DNA of 64,000 nucleotides, taken from NCBI GenBank assembly GCA_010909165.1, contig MU008172.1:744001-808000 (forward strand), written 5' to 3'. A model generated the notes under the pieces. The model saw nothing but the letters and a program-made list of their open reading frames with translations. It had not been told where the DNA came from and did not search any database. This DNA is from Anthoceros angustus. Its lineage: Eukaryota > Plantae > Anthocerotophyta. Below are positions 1 through 11,019 of this stretch, in pieces (position 1 is the first letter of the stretch; each line of letters begins with the position of its first letter). The translations under genes and the position numbers were made by a program.

Positions 1-509
1 AAGACCCAGTTTCGCGGCGTACGCCAGGTCGGAGGGGGTACACGGTACGACACTGCTAGGCACCTCCATATCTTGAATGCCATAACCGATTGTGACCCGC
101 ACAGTGTATGCAGCCCGCCCAGCATTGCCAAACTTATCCAATATCGTCCTGTACAAGGTGACGGCCCGCAAGCTGGGACTTGGGATGTGGCATACTGAGG
201 TTGCCTGAATCGTGGCCAGCGCACGATGCTGGGTTGCGGTGCATTCAGATCATACCCCACACTCTCACGCCAGGGACAACAAATCGATCCCACAAATTAA
301 TCGCCAAGATGAAACATTCCTCCCCAGCCCCCACATAGAACATCGTTCAGATTCACTTAAACCCTACACCCTCCATATCCTTGCCAATCTCCTTCTGGAA
401 ACTAGACTATGATGGCTACACCAAGTTTATGCACGAAGGCAGGTCACCGCAACGCAAGGAAATGAACTGGGGACCACACAGGGAGCAGGAGCCTGGAGGA
501 CCCACAGCA

Positions 510-3500
510 ATGTCGTTGTCACTGGATCATCCCCGTCCTTCAATTGAGGCAGACGATCAGCCCCCTGCAAAGAATCCCAAGCTCTCTCCGCTCGAGGATA
601 GTGGCGAAGAGTCGCAGGGCGGTGCACTTGCGGATGCAGGGCCACCAGCTCCGGCCTCCGACTTAATAAGTGATCATCCTTGTGAAACAGGTAGACTCAG
701 TGAATGCTTGCAGTCTCAGGCTGTAGGAAGCAGTAAAGTCATTGTACTTTGTGCAGGCCGTGACAAAATTTGTGTTTCTGCCTTTGATAGGTCCTAATGT
801 TGAGCACGATGATGGGAAATTGCCAAGCCCTCAATCGACTTCACTCAAGGCTGCAGAACCTGCAAGCGGGGAAAATGAAATCCATAGCCTGGAGCCTAAT
901 GCAGAGCAGCCTCATGGAAAAGAAAGCAGTGGCGTAGGCCTGTACAAAACAAGTCTTTGCTCTTTCTTTCGGAAGAGAGGGTGCAACCACGGTGAGGAGT
1001 GCCGTTATGCACATGGTGAGGAAGAGCTGCAGCAGAGACCTGACGGCTCCTGGGATCCCACTTCTGAGAAGGCCAAGAAGATGCAACGAGAGCGAGAGAT
1101 CCTGGCTAAGATGACAACTCAAAATACTGCAAACGCTGAGGCAGCTAATGCAGAAGATGAGATATGTGATTTAATCTCAGATGTATTATGGAAGTGTGTC
1201 AGGAATTTACCGGCAACTTGGAACTTGGATAAATTCAAGGAGTTTTTGGGCAAAAACGTGAGCTCGAGTTAATGGTTGTTCTAGGCAGTTGCACAGGCGT
1301 CTCGGTGTCCAGCATTCCAGAGAACCGATTATCGTATGACTTACATTAAGGTTTGTGTGAGCAGAGTATTCAGTACGTCCATGCCAAGAAGAAGAAGGGT
1401 CTCAATGTGGGGTTCCTGGGATTTCAGAACACCGACCAGGTGTTGGAGGCGACCAAGGTAACCAAGCTTCAGCTAAGTACTTGCAAAATTCAATTAGGGA
1501 TGTCAATTCTAGTGTCCCTTGCTGATGCCTCTAAATGGTGGATGTCAAGCAGGTTGTTGAAAGCCTTTCAGTTCAACGACAGCAGCTGAGCCTGGCAGAT
1601 GTTCTTCCTCGTTCATGGGAGAAGAAGGCAGAAGATGGAAAGTCTTTGCTGAATGATCTATCCAGTGATAGCAAGCAGATTGATCAGCTGTGCGGGAAGA
1701 CTGTAAGGGATATTTGTGATGCTGTGACACCACTTGCAAAGATACCCTATAGTGAGCAACTCAATTCCAAGAAGAGTGCACTTGCACAAGTTCTGAAGCG
1801 ACTAGTACGCCATCTTGAACTTCCTGCCAACTCCTATGGCAGTCCAAGTCATCTTGTTGGATGGCTTCGCATTGACACCTGCTTTCTTTACTGTCATTCA
1901 TATCATCGCCGTGAAATTCTGTTTATTTAGGCACGCAACACCCGTAAGAGCTGTTCAGCTGGTGTGCTTCTTCCTGACTGGATTCGGGCTGCAAGGGACC
2001 CAGGTGCCAAACTGTTTTGCACAGTCTCAGGATAATTTGAGGGTCGTCTAGTTCCTTGTACCAATCTGTCTTGCACCACAGATGCGCTTCCATGTGAGCT
2101 TGGAGATATAATTCCATCACCGATTATTGATGGTTATCGCAACAAGTGCGAATTCAGCATTGGCTCTTCCACGGATGGCAAACGGATTGTTGGGTTTCAG
2201 CTTGGCAACTTCAGGTTCAAGTTGTTGGCAATCCAACATTTATGTGGTGACAGTTAAGGAGGTAGGTGGGAAGCTCTGATAAGAAGAAAATTTGACAGGT
2301 GCGTTGGTGACCTCGCAGAGAAGGAATAACTGCTATTGCAGAGCCAAGCAAGTGCCGGAATGTCTCAAATATTGCACAAGCTTTTGCATCTGCTTTGCAA
2401 GGTTTTGTGGAAAACTCAGATCTTCCAGTCTGGAACAAGCACTATAACAGTGGCTTCTGGCGCATGTTTACCGTAAGTTGGTGAACTGGGCTTCTCTGCG
2501 TAAGACTCCCTGGCTTCCTGTTTACCGTCCTAGGTCAAGATGTGTAATATTCGTTTTTGATGTTGGTGGCCCAGGTTCGGGAGGGAAGAGGGAGAAAGGA
2601 TCTGGCCAGCTCTACTACTCCACCTGTGTTGGAAGTGATGCTGATAGTACAGGTTGTAAGCTCTGCAGTTCTGGAAGAGCTGTGATTGCTGGTACTAGTA
2701 ATCAGTCAAATCAAGTTTTTATGAGCCAAATTCAAGATCGGCTGTTAATGGCTGCAGTCCTGTTTGCCCAATTTGTAGGTATGCCCAGTAGGAATCCCAC
2801 AGGAAAAGCTCACCCAGGAGTATAGGAATGTGGCAAATGCTCTTTCAGAGGTTGCACGTAAAGCAGAACCACAACTTCCGCTAACCGCCTTGCTAGTTCA
2901 GGTAATCTTGTCTGTTGCCTATCAATCTTTGCTGAGAGGCTCGGATCTTGACTGACTGACAAGGAATTTGTTTTTGGTAAATTGTAGATGTTTCTCTTTT
3001 GAATCTTCAATCCTTAACTCCAGGTGGCTTGCAGGAACACATTGGAATTTCAAATGCTGCACCAGCTAACTGCCCACTCATTGTCCTTCCGGTGGGAGAA
3101 GCATTGTCAGGGAACGCAGATGAAGTGATAGGCGAAGAAAGTTCAAACACCAGGCACATCCACGACCACATACTAGATCTATGTTTTCAGATATCTCCAA
3201 CAGCATTCTTTCAAGTATGTATTGAAGGTCCAACCAAGCAGTTGCCTGGTCCCAGTGAATCCCATTTGCGTTGCTTGATGGCTATATTCTCCACTTTGAA
3301 ACTGCAATGCATATCGACACCCTTGGCAGGTGAACACTCTAGCAGCTGAAAGGCTCTACTCTGTAGCAGGAGAGTGGGCACGACTTGGACCTGATACTTT
3401 GCTGTTTGATGTTTGCTGTGGAACTGGAACAATTGGCCTGACGTTGGCACATCATGTGGGACTGGTAGGTTTGTCAACCAAAACTATTTGAATACTTCTG

Positions 3501-4619
3501 CTCGTTTTGACCAGCATGCTGGGCCAGCATTTTCAGTTATTTACACAACACGTCCCGTTGTTGCCAGGTTGTGGGGATAGAAATGAACTCCTCGGCGGTT
3601 ACTGATGCATGGACAAATGCAAAGATAAATGGAATCCATAACTGTGACTTTATCTGTGGAAAGGTAACATTTTCTACTGTGGTGGTGTGAGGGTTTCACA
3701 ATCAATGAATCATATGCCTGCCTAATTTTGGCTTTGAGCTGCCGGAAACGTCTTACTTGAAATGGATTCTATTGCTGTTTGCCAGTATGTTAAAGCTTGA
3801 GCTAACATATTGATTGTGACTTCCATGTCAGGCTGAAGATGTGATGAAGGACATGCTTGACAAGTATGTGATGCCTTCAGTTGACAGCGCTAATAGCAGT
3901 CATGAGACAGGCCCACAGGCATGTGAGGACGATGTAGATAAGGACAAAAGTACTCTAACGCTTAGCCTTTCAACGACACAGGGAGATGCTTGTCCACCTG
4001 GAGGTGAGTCTGGTATTGCAGGTGCTATGAATGACAGGGAGGAAACGGAAGTTCTGGTCAACAGAGGAGGCCTCAGAAAGTTCAAAGACGTGGTGGTAAT
4101 AGTGGATCCTCCTCGCAGTGGTCTGCACCCTGTGGTAATACTTTGTGCGAAATGAACCTTGAGTTTGATATTTTGCAGTGTTGGTATGGTTTGCAATGCA
4201 GACTGGTTTGAAACTCATTCCAGCATGGGTTTGTTCCAGGTCTTGAGAACTCTTAGGCTACATTCTCAGCTGAACCGAATTGTGTAAGTGCAATGTAACC
4301 GAATACAGTGTCTCCTGGCTATCACTAGGGAGTTTGGTTGATTTGACAACTTTCTTTGCCTGGCAGGTACATTTCTTGTAACCCTGAGACATTAATGGCC
4401 AATGCTGTGGAGCTGTGCACACCACTGGACAATAAGGCAGTTGACAAGGATAGCAGTAAGTCGAGGAGAAATTTTAAGGGAATGAGCAAGGTGACCCATG
4501 CTAGGCAAAGAATAAAAAGCATGCCAGAATCTATGCCATTCCGCCCAGTCAAAGCCGTTGGCGTGGATATGTTCCCTCACACCAGTCATTGTGAGATGGT
4601 GATGTTGTTGGAGAGATGA
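510..4619 (+). CDS. TRM2A: CCCH zinc finger + RRM-like tRNA (uracil-5-)-methyltransferase, TRM2A/TRMT2A family; about 15 exons
   Basis: Exons join via GT-AG introns (e.g. 691-790, 1258-1364, 1458-1552, 4284-4366). Motifs: YKTSLCSFFRKRGCNHGEECRYAHG (C-x7-C-x5-C-x3-H), GYRNKCEFSIG, QISPTAFFQVN, FDVCCGTGTIGL (SAM binding), IVDPPRSGLH, YISCNP, VDMFPHTSHCE. Start ATG at 510 is the best guess. Confidence 0.93.
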
Positions 4620-4984
4620 CGCTTCCCAGGGTGCTAGTCTGGCATTCCTTTTCTTTAGTGAACTTGATGGTGGATTTAACGTAAAGTAGTTTCGTAAGGC
4701 TTTTACAACAGCGGCTCCTTAGGGCTTTTCACTATAGGCGGCCGCGTAGGCTCTTCTTGTCACACGGATGCGTAGCCCCCCAGGCTCCAGCTCGGATCAC
4801 TCTTGACTGGGGAGTTCAACGGACCCACGTCCTGAAGGGAGGATAGACCGGTTTGGGGATTGAATGCAGTTATTTGTTGACTGCCCAATGAAATCTAGTT
4901 ATTATGTTATATATTTGGAAAAGATTAAGAGATGAAATACTGATAACTATTTTGTGTCTTCTCCAAGATAGTATAATGAAGATT

Positions 4985-5140
4985 TTATTAAAAAGAAGAG
5001 ATGGGAAAATCTATCTACTCCGAACCGAGGGGGACAACTCACCAAAGGGCCAAGAGCCATGGGGGCTAGCCTCCATGAATGCCAACCCCGAAGCTACCTA
5101 CTGCCGTGATTATGTCGTAGTCCAACTGTGGTAGGTTTTA
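4985..5140 (-). mobile_element. 5'-truncated 3' remnant of the LINE family found at 57.0-59.4 kb
   Basis: aaaagaagagatgggaaaatctatctactccgaaccgagggggacaactcacc aligns by eye with 57042 aaaagaacgagaagggaaatcccatctaccttgaggcgaaagggacaacccacg. Minus-strand peptide LPQLDYDIITAVGSFGVG resembles the LINE ORF end LPISDDDILGAGGGYRVD. Confidence 0.65.
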
Positions 5141-5557
5141 GCACAATCTTTAATGAACCAGGAAAAATCCTTGCCCATAGCCCTGTGAGTCTCCGATATA
5201 CCGTTCTTCTAGTTCCAAGTGTTTAACCTAAAGAGCCTGGTTTTTGCGTTTTGGGCTGAATTTCAATTATTTATGCATATCTCAATATAAAAAATTACCT
5301 AACTTTGTTTCTACTCCAATAATTACCAACATGTAGAGTTACATCCCCTCATCTATTTCTAAAAAAGACAGGGTCTCATATGCCGCTTCTACAAATTTCT
5401 TGTGCGTTGTGGCACTTCATGCTTATGGTGAGACAGGAGAGCATCTTCACTCAGGGAAGGAACATGGCAAATGGTTGGGTTGAGCAAACTTTATCACATA
5501 TTCCTACAAGGCCAGTGACATCCTCACAAAAATCCATTTCAACCGGAGATCAGGAGC

Positions 5558-5654
5558 ATGCCCAACCAAATTTACAAACACACAATTTGGCCATTCACAA
5601 TGGCTCCTATTCATGCCCAACCAAATTTAGAAACAAATAATTTGGCCATTCACA
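5558..5654. repeat. Two-copy direct repeat, period about 55 bp
   Basis: atgcccaaccaaattta.aaaca.a.aatttggccattcac at 5558 and 5613. Confidence 0.85.
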
Positions 5655-5864
5655 CTAAGGCCCTCCATTCGCATTCAATTTTGCCGTGGTTCAAGGTGTC
5701 TTTTAGGAATCTCGTACCCATGCCCAACGATGGGCATGGAGATGGTGTTTGTTTTTTTTACTCTAAAAATCCACATGTTCCCCTCAATGCCAGGCACATT
5801 TGCTTAAAGGTCCAAGATGAAGAATTCATGTAGAGAAAATCTCGCACCCCAAAACGCACCGACA

Positions 5865-5968
5865 ACCACTCAACTTGAGTATGTTCGTCCTTTAGGGTTT
5901 AATGCCCTTTTTGCCCACCACTCAACTTGAGTAGGTTCGTCCTTTAGGGTTTAATGCCCTTTTTGCCT
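5865..5968. repeat. Two-copy 52-bp tandem repeat containing the telomere-like motif TTTAGGGTTT
   Basis: accactcaacttgagta.gttcgtcctttagggtttaatgccctttttgcc at 5865 and 5917. Confidence 0.9.
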
Positions 5969-6488
5969 ACGGACGGACACTTGGAAGAGTTGAAGGGCAT
6001 CTTAAAATGAAGACATGAGCTTGGAATGAAGCTGCTGCATCACAAAAAAAAAAAAATGAAGACGATAAGTGGAATTGCAAGCTAAAAGACTTCTTTCTTT
6101 CTAAACTATCTTGGCGTAAATATTAAAATATAAATAACAATTGCCTTTTTTTTTACCACCAATGTAGGTGCCTTCGCAATTAGTTGCCATGCAAGCATTC
6201 TTGATTTGCACTTACAACGTTTGCCAACATGGCCCTTGTACTGTATGCTAGATACAAAGTTTTGCCCAATAATAACCCTAGAATACCGGATAGTCTCACA
6301 TCGGGATTTCCCACATACATTGGGAGCTTTGTGTATTTCATGGCAACTGCTAGGCTAGATTTCCTTGGTACTTTTGGTCCGCCAAACAAGCTTCATCTAC
6401 CCCCTTCCTCCCGAAAAAATTGGCCATGTACATGTCTAAAGAATCCCCTCGCATCGTATGCATAATCGTGTAGCCATATCTAACCAGC

Positions 6489-6550
6489 TTGGTAAGGAGC
6501 ATTGCGCGTGGTCTCCATTGGTAAGGAGCATTGCGCGTGGTCTTCATTGA
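6489..6550. repeat. Two-copy 29-bp tandem repeat
   Basis: ttggtaaggagcattgcgcgtggtct.ca at 6489 and 6518. Confidence 0.9.
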
Positions 6551-6700
6551 AGCAACTGTGCCAGGAGATATCCCGACCTTAGTTCCACCACGGTGGCTCC
6601 TTATAACTCATCAGGCAAGCAAGATGTTCATCCTCTCTCTATCTCTGCTGTGGGGACTTCCAAGAATAGCACCTACTACACTACTTGTCTCACATTGTCC

Positions 6701-6853
6701 TGAATTGCAAGCCCTGCTTGTGATGGGTACAAGAACCTATTTTAAAGTTGTGAATTGCAAGCCCCGCTTGTGATGGGTACAAGAACCTATTTTAAAGTTG
6801 TGAATTGCAAGCCCCGCTTGTGATGGGTACAAGAACCTATTTTAAAGTTGTGA
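6701..6853. repeat. Three-copy 50-bp minisatellite
   Basis: tgaattgcaagccc.gcttgtgatgggtacaagaacctattttaaagttg at 6701, 6751, 6801. Confidence 0.95.
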
Positions 6854-6959
6854 CACTGGCTAGTGACACTTGTCATGCAACTGCTTGCTCCACCTCGACG
6901 AGGAGCACCTTCCAAATTGTAGTAAAATGAGTTTGTGCATGAGTTTTGCTTTCAACTGT

Positions 6960-7039
6960 AGACCTCCTTCAAGAAGCGGGAAAGAAGATCGGAACCAACT
7001 CTAGACCTCCTTTAAGAAGCGGAAAAGAAGATTGGAACC
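6960..7039. repeat. Two-copy 43-bp tandem repeat
   Basis: agacctcctt.aagaagcgg.aaagaagat.ggaacca twice. Confidence 0.85.
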
Positions 7040-7418
7040 ACGCTCTCCAAGCTTGTCCAACAAGAGGCTCCTCCAGTTTCACGCATCTTGAAGCAGGAAA
7101 TTGGGACCTTCTCGCTACTCCTCTACTCCTCTGTCCGATCCCGAGGCCCATCCAAAGGTCATCGCTCAACGAGTGTAGAAAACTATACAGGCCTCCCTCT
7201 CACAAAATGCTAGGAAAAGGCATGTGGGCAACACGAAGTACACTATGCTCTCGCGTTGGTACAACCAGGCCTATAAGGCCTATAAGCAAGCTGGCATCCA
7301 CCTATAGCAAAGGCTTGTTACTCTGGGGTTGTGTGACAATTTGCTTAGGCTAGAAAAGAGTTTGCCAAGAAAATTGTCACACTACGGTATATTGATGTAC
7401 ATAGAGATCCCCTAAAAT

Positions 7419-7562
7419 ATATTATATTATATTATATTATATTATATTATATTATATTATATTATATTATATTATATTATATTATATTATATTATATTAT
7501 ATTATATTATATTATATTATATTATATTATATTATATTATATTATATTATATTATATTATAT
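7419..7562. repeat. (ATATT)n pentanucleotide microsatellite, about 29 units
   Basis: Perfect attat run across lines 7421-7560. Confidence 0.98.
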
Positions 7563-8031
7563 ATGATATAATTTTATTAATGTTGGATAAAAAATATTAA
7601 ACACCATCACATCTAACTATTTAGGTTAGTCAACATCTCTTCCCTTTCCATTGTCAAACTTGTTATAGCCACTACCTATTAATTATAGCCAATCCCAAGT
7701 GCGTACAAACATAATCACACGACCACATAATAAATATATCCTTAAAATATCTTTAGTTTTAAGAGAAGACATTTTTGAAAAGCATGAATTACTGAACCTG
7801 CACTCAAGGGAAGTAATGCTTTAAGAAAAGCATGATTCGTCAAATGATATACGCTAACAGCGAGGCCTAGGCTCAGGCCACTAGTGTCGCCCACCACTTT
7901 TCCAGCTATATATCTCGTTTGCGGAAACATTTTTAGTTTTAAGGAATCGAGTTACTTTCTCGAGATTTATTACAGCTAAGAAACAGACCTTGGTGAATTG
8001 CCACATCAGGTTAAACAAAGTCCAGGACTGG

Positions 8032-9717
8032 CTAAACGAACAAGGAGAGTTCCTTCATTGGGACAAACGGGAGCATGGACTCCCCAAACATGTCAACAAC
8101 AGAGTCGAGCAGAGGTCCGATGTCAGCCTCCCCTTTTACGAGAAAACTCAATTTCCTAGCAGGCACCTGTTTTTCCATCTGCACGTCTGATTGACCCTCC
8201 TTTTGAGATCTTTTCGCTTCCGCACCATCTGTTAACATACCCGCCGTGGCATCTCCATCTTTCATTTCCATAACAACTGAAACAGCATCACTGGAAGGCA
8301 TGGACAGTGCATCTGGTAAAGTAGTTTGACAAAAGGCTTTCTTTTGCAATTGTTGCGGACTAAGATCTGTTGTTGAACTGGGCCTTTTCCCAAATGCACT
8401 AACTGCTGAGGCTGGGGTGTCGCCGCTGACTGCAAGGTCAGTCTTATGCAAACCTGCGGCTACCTTTGCACAGGGTTTCAAAACAGCTCTCGATCTGACA
8501 GAGAGTAAGCTTGGTTGAGATTTAAGTATGTCATACAGGCAATCTCCAACTGCAACCAATAACGCCCCGTACACTCGCCAAGCTTCATACCGTTTGATCC
8601 CATTAGGCTGAGAATCCTGGCTCATTTCTGGCGCCAGGAGCTGAAGATACGTCGTCAAGTTAGGTAACAGTAAGAGTCTTACAACCCTCGAGCCTAAAGC
8701 GGCAAGCCCCTGTATAGCGCCATAGTGTTGAGTAATTGCACGCTTAGGGTCCAAGAAAGCGTGGACGAGAGTCCTCGTCACCCTGGGTTGCAAGTCCTGG
8801 TATGCATGTCCAAATCTTCTGCAAACAAAAGCCACTATCCTAGCCGTAAAATCTCGGAGCTGCCAGTGATTCTCCAAAGAGTTCCCTCCTAATCGCCTGG
8901 CGACCAGGCATGTTATCACAGAAGGCATCAGCTGGTGCAAATAGGGTTCAATATGGATGTGAGGGTTCAAAAGCAGACTCTGCACACAACGCATCAAGGA
9001 GAACAGGAGGGGAAACTCGTCCAGACTTCGTGTCACTTCATCTGAGACAAACTGAGTGAGATAAGGAACCAAGGCATGAAGACCCGAGTCGGTAGCCAAA
9101 CTAGCCAGTGCAGCCTTGACCATCCCTTCGTCCGCTCCATTCACAAGGAGCTCCGTAATTGCGGTGTAGTATTGCTGTAGCTCGCGAGAGAGGTTATGCT
9201 TGACAGATGGCTTGATATCAAAAGGTAAATCTTCGTCCTTCTTCCCACCCGCCGGGACGTCCCCTTTCTTCTCCTCCAGAGGGGTAGTAAAACCTTCCAC
9301 TGGTGTGTTCTCAGGAATGGCAGGTTGTACTCCCTCTACAGCCAGCCAGTGTACTACGATTGAGGTATCCAGAGGAGCCCTAGGCAATGACGCGTCCACT
9401 ACCTCCTTGAAATCCAGCTCCCGGTCATCGATATAATAGATGTCGGGATGACCTGCCTCCTTCCTGAAGCGCGAAGGGTCGGAGGATGAAAAGCGATAGA
9501 GGGGCTCCACATTACGGAAGCTCAGTGCGCAGCTGACATCCTCGGTTGTCATAATTGACCTCTTGGAGTGACGCATGCTTTTGATCGCTTCCTGCATAAT
9601 CTCTCGCATGCGGTACTCGACATCCGCCGCCAACGCTGCAGCCACATCTTCAGGGATGTTGATCAAGCCAATACTTTGCGCTATAATTTGGATCGTCTCC
9701 TTGGGCACAATGCTCAT
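8032..9717 (-). CDS. TAF6: TFIID subunit 6; intronless CDS, 561 aa
   Basis: MSIVPKETIQIIAQSIG...LAADVEYRMREIMQEAIKSMRHSKR histone fold, HWLAVEGVQPAIPEN, HNLSRELQQYY, LATDSGLHALVPY, YLHQLMPSVITCLV, THYGA-like HEAT region. True ATG at 9717. Confidence 0.96.
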   Translation of the reverse strand: MSIVPKETIQIIAQSIGLINIPEDVAAALAADVEYRMREIMQEAIKSMRHSKRSIMTTEDVSCALSFRNVEPLYRFSSSDPSRFRKEAGHPDIYYIDDRELDFKEVVDASLPRAPLDTSIVVHWLAVEGVQPAIPENTPVEGFTTPLEEKKGDVPAGGKKDEDLPFDIKPSVKHNLSRELQQYYTAITELLVNGADEGMVKAALASLATDSGLHALVPYLTQFVSDEVTRSLDEFPLLFSLMRCVQSLLLNPHIHIEPYLHQLMPSVITCLVARRLGGNSLENHWQLRDFTARIVAFVCRRFGHAYQDLQPRVTRTLVHAFLDPKRAITQHYGAIQGLAALGSRVVRLLLLPNLTTYLQLLAPEMSQDSQPNGIKRYEAWRVYGALLVAVGDCLYDILKSQPSLLSVRSRAVLKPCAKVAAGLHKTDLAVSGDTPASAVSAFGKRPSSTTDLSPQQLQKKAFCQTTLPDALSMPSSDAVSVVMEMKDGDATAGMLTDGAEAKRSQKEGQSDVQMEKQVPARKLSFLVKGEADIGPLLDSVVDMFGESMLPFVPMKELSLFV

Positions 9718-10192
9718 CCTGCCAGGGTGCAACACGCTGGCTGGCAGACCGGCAAGACTGAAGCTAGACAAGCGGCACGCAGGACAAATACCACCCGAAA
9801 ACTCTTTAGGGTCGGATCCTAAGGTATTGCAGTACAACTTGTCTAGGTTTAATTAATGATACGATTTATTAAATATGTTTAATAATAAATACGATTTATT
9901 ATTTTGCAGAGATGGAAGTCCCGTCTAAACAATGATACGGATTGGCCCTTACTGATGACTGGGCTGGCTGGGACATTTCTTGAAGTTATGACTTCGGACA
10001 CCAACCAGTTCCTCTATGATGATGTTGAGGAAGCTGGCCCACGGATGGTACTTGGGGATGCACACCCTCGTGGTATTGAAGCAAGGCTGCTAGCAATAAC
10101 GACACAAACCAAACTTGCAAACAAGCGTTAAGGAATATTTGTAGGCAACTAGCTTGGCAACTTGGCAAGGTCTCAGCAATGAAGTAGGACGT

Positions 10193-10517
10193 GGGTATGC
10201 CCTTCTCCGGATCCTTACAAGGATGGGTATGCCCCTCTCCGGATCCTTACAAGGATGGGTATGCCCCTCTCCGGATCCTTACAAGGATGGGTATACCCCT
10301 CTTCGGGATCCTTACAAGAATGGGTATGCCCCTCTCCGGATCCTTACAGGGATGGGTATGCCCCCTCTCCGGATCGGATCCTTACAAGGATGGGTATGCC
10401 CCCTCTCCGGATCGGATCCTTACAAGGATGGGTATGCCCCTCTTCGGGATCCTCACAGCGATGGGTATGCCCCTCTCCGGATCCTTACAAGGATGGGTAT
10501 GCCCCTCTCCGGATCCC
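10193..10517. repeat. Palindrome-rich 32-38 bp minisatellite, about 10 units
   Basis: Unit gggtatgcccctctccggatccttacaaggat starts at 10193, 10225, 10257, 10289, 10322, 10354, 10392, 10430, 10463, 10495. Confidence 0.97.
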
Positions 10518-10545
10518 AAGGAAAGCCTGAGGCTATCGTTTTATA

Positions 10546-10693
10546 CAGAGGTAGGCTGCTCCAAGCCATTCTTAGGATTAATCTTGACATTTTCTCAACC
10601 ACACTCACTCATCTTCTTAGGCCTAGTCTTGACATTTCCTAACCACACTCACTCATCTTGATCAGCGATTCAGCCTCCTCCCTTATTGCCCAC
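10546..10693. repeat. Dispersed repeat copy A, with an internal ~46-bp duplication; copy B is at 18020-18123
   Basis: gctccaagccattcttaggatta.tcttgacatt...actcatcttgatcagc.attcagcctc...ttattgccca shared by both loci. Confidence 0.85.
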
Positions 10694-11019
10694 ACGCGAT
10701 TCAGCCTCCCCTCGATCTGAAAACAAGTTCAGTCATCCGACAAGTACATACCTCCGACCTCTCCAGTTAGGCACTCAAAACAAAATTTCACTTCAACAAA
10801 TGAATGTGTAAGTCAATGGGGAAATATCTGACGCTAATCGATTCCATTATACAGGGCAGGGATACACTGCCAGAGCTCGTGGACTTAGGCTCCCATCCAG
10901 CACAATCACAAGCTCAGAAATAGTCAGGGTAGGGCAAAAGTTCCTCCGTATTTCACCTAATGCGCGTCAAGAAACTACCACACCTTCAGACCCGAAAGAC
11001 GTCCAACGAGAGCTCGCTC

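Noticed and set aside
1-400. Open minus-strand frame running off the window (possible 5' end of a divergent gene)
   Set aside because: Too short, with no recognisable motif
6180-7353. Short ORFs as retroelement gag/pol
   Set aside because: No RT, protease, integrase or zinc-knuckle motif could be identified
10154-10661. Three overlapping repetitive ORFs / CRISPR-like look
   Set aside because: Products of a head-to-tail minisatellite with no unique spacers; no cas genes; eukaryotic context
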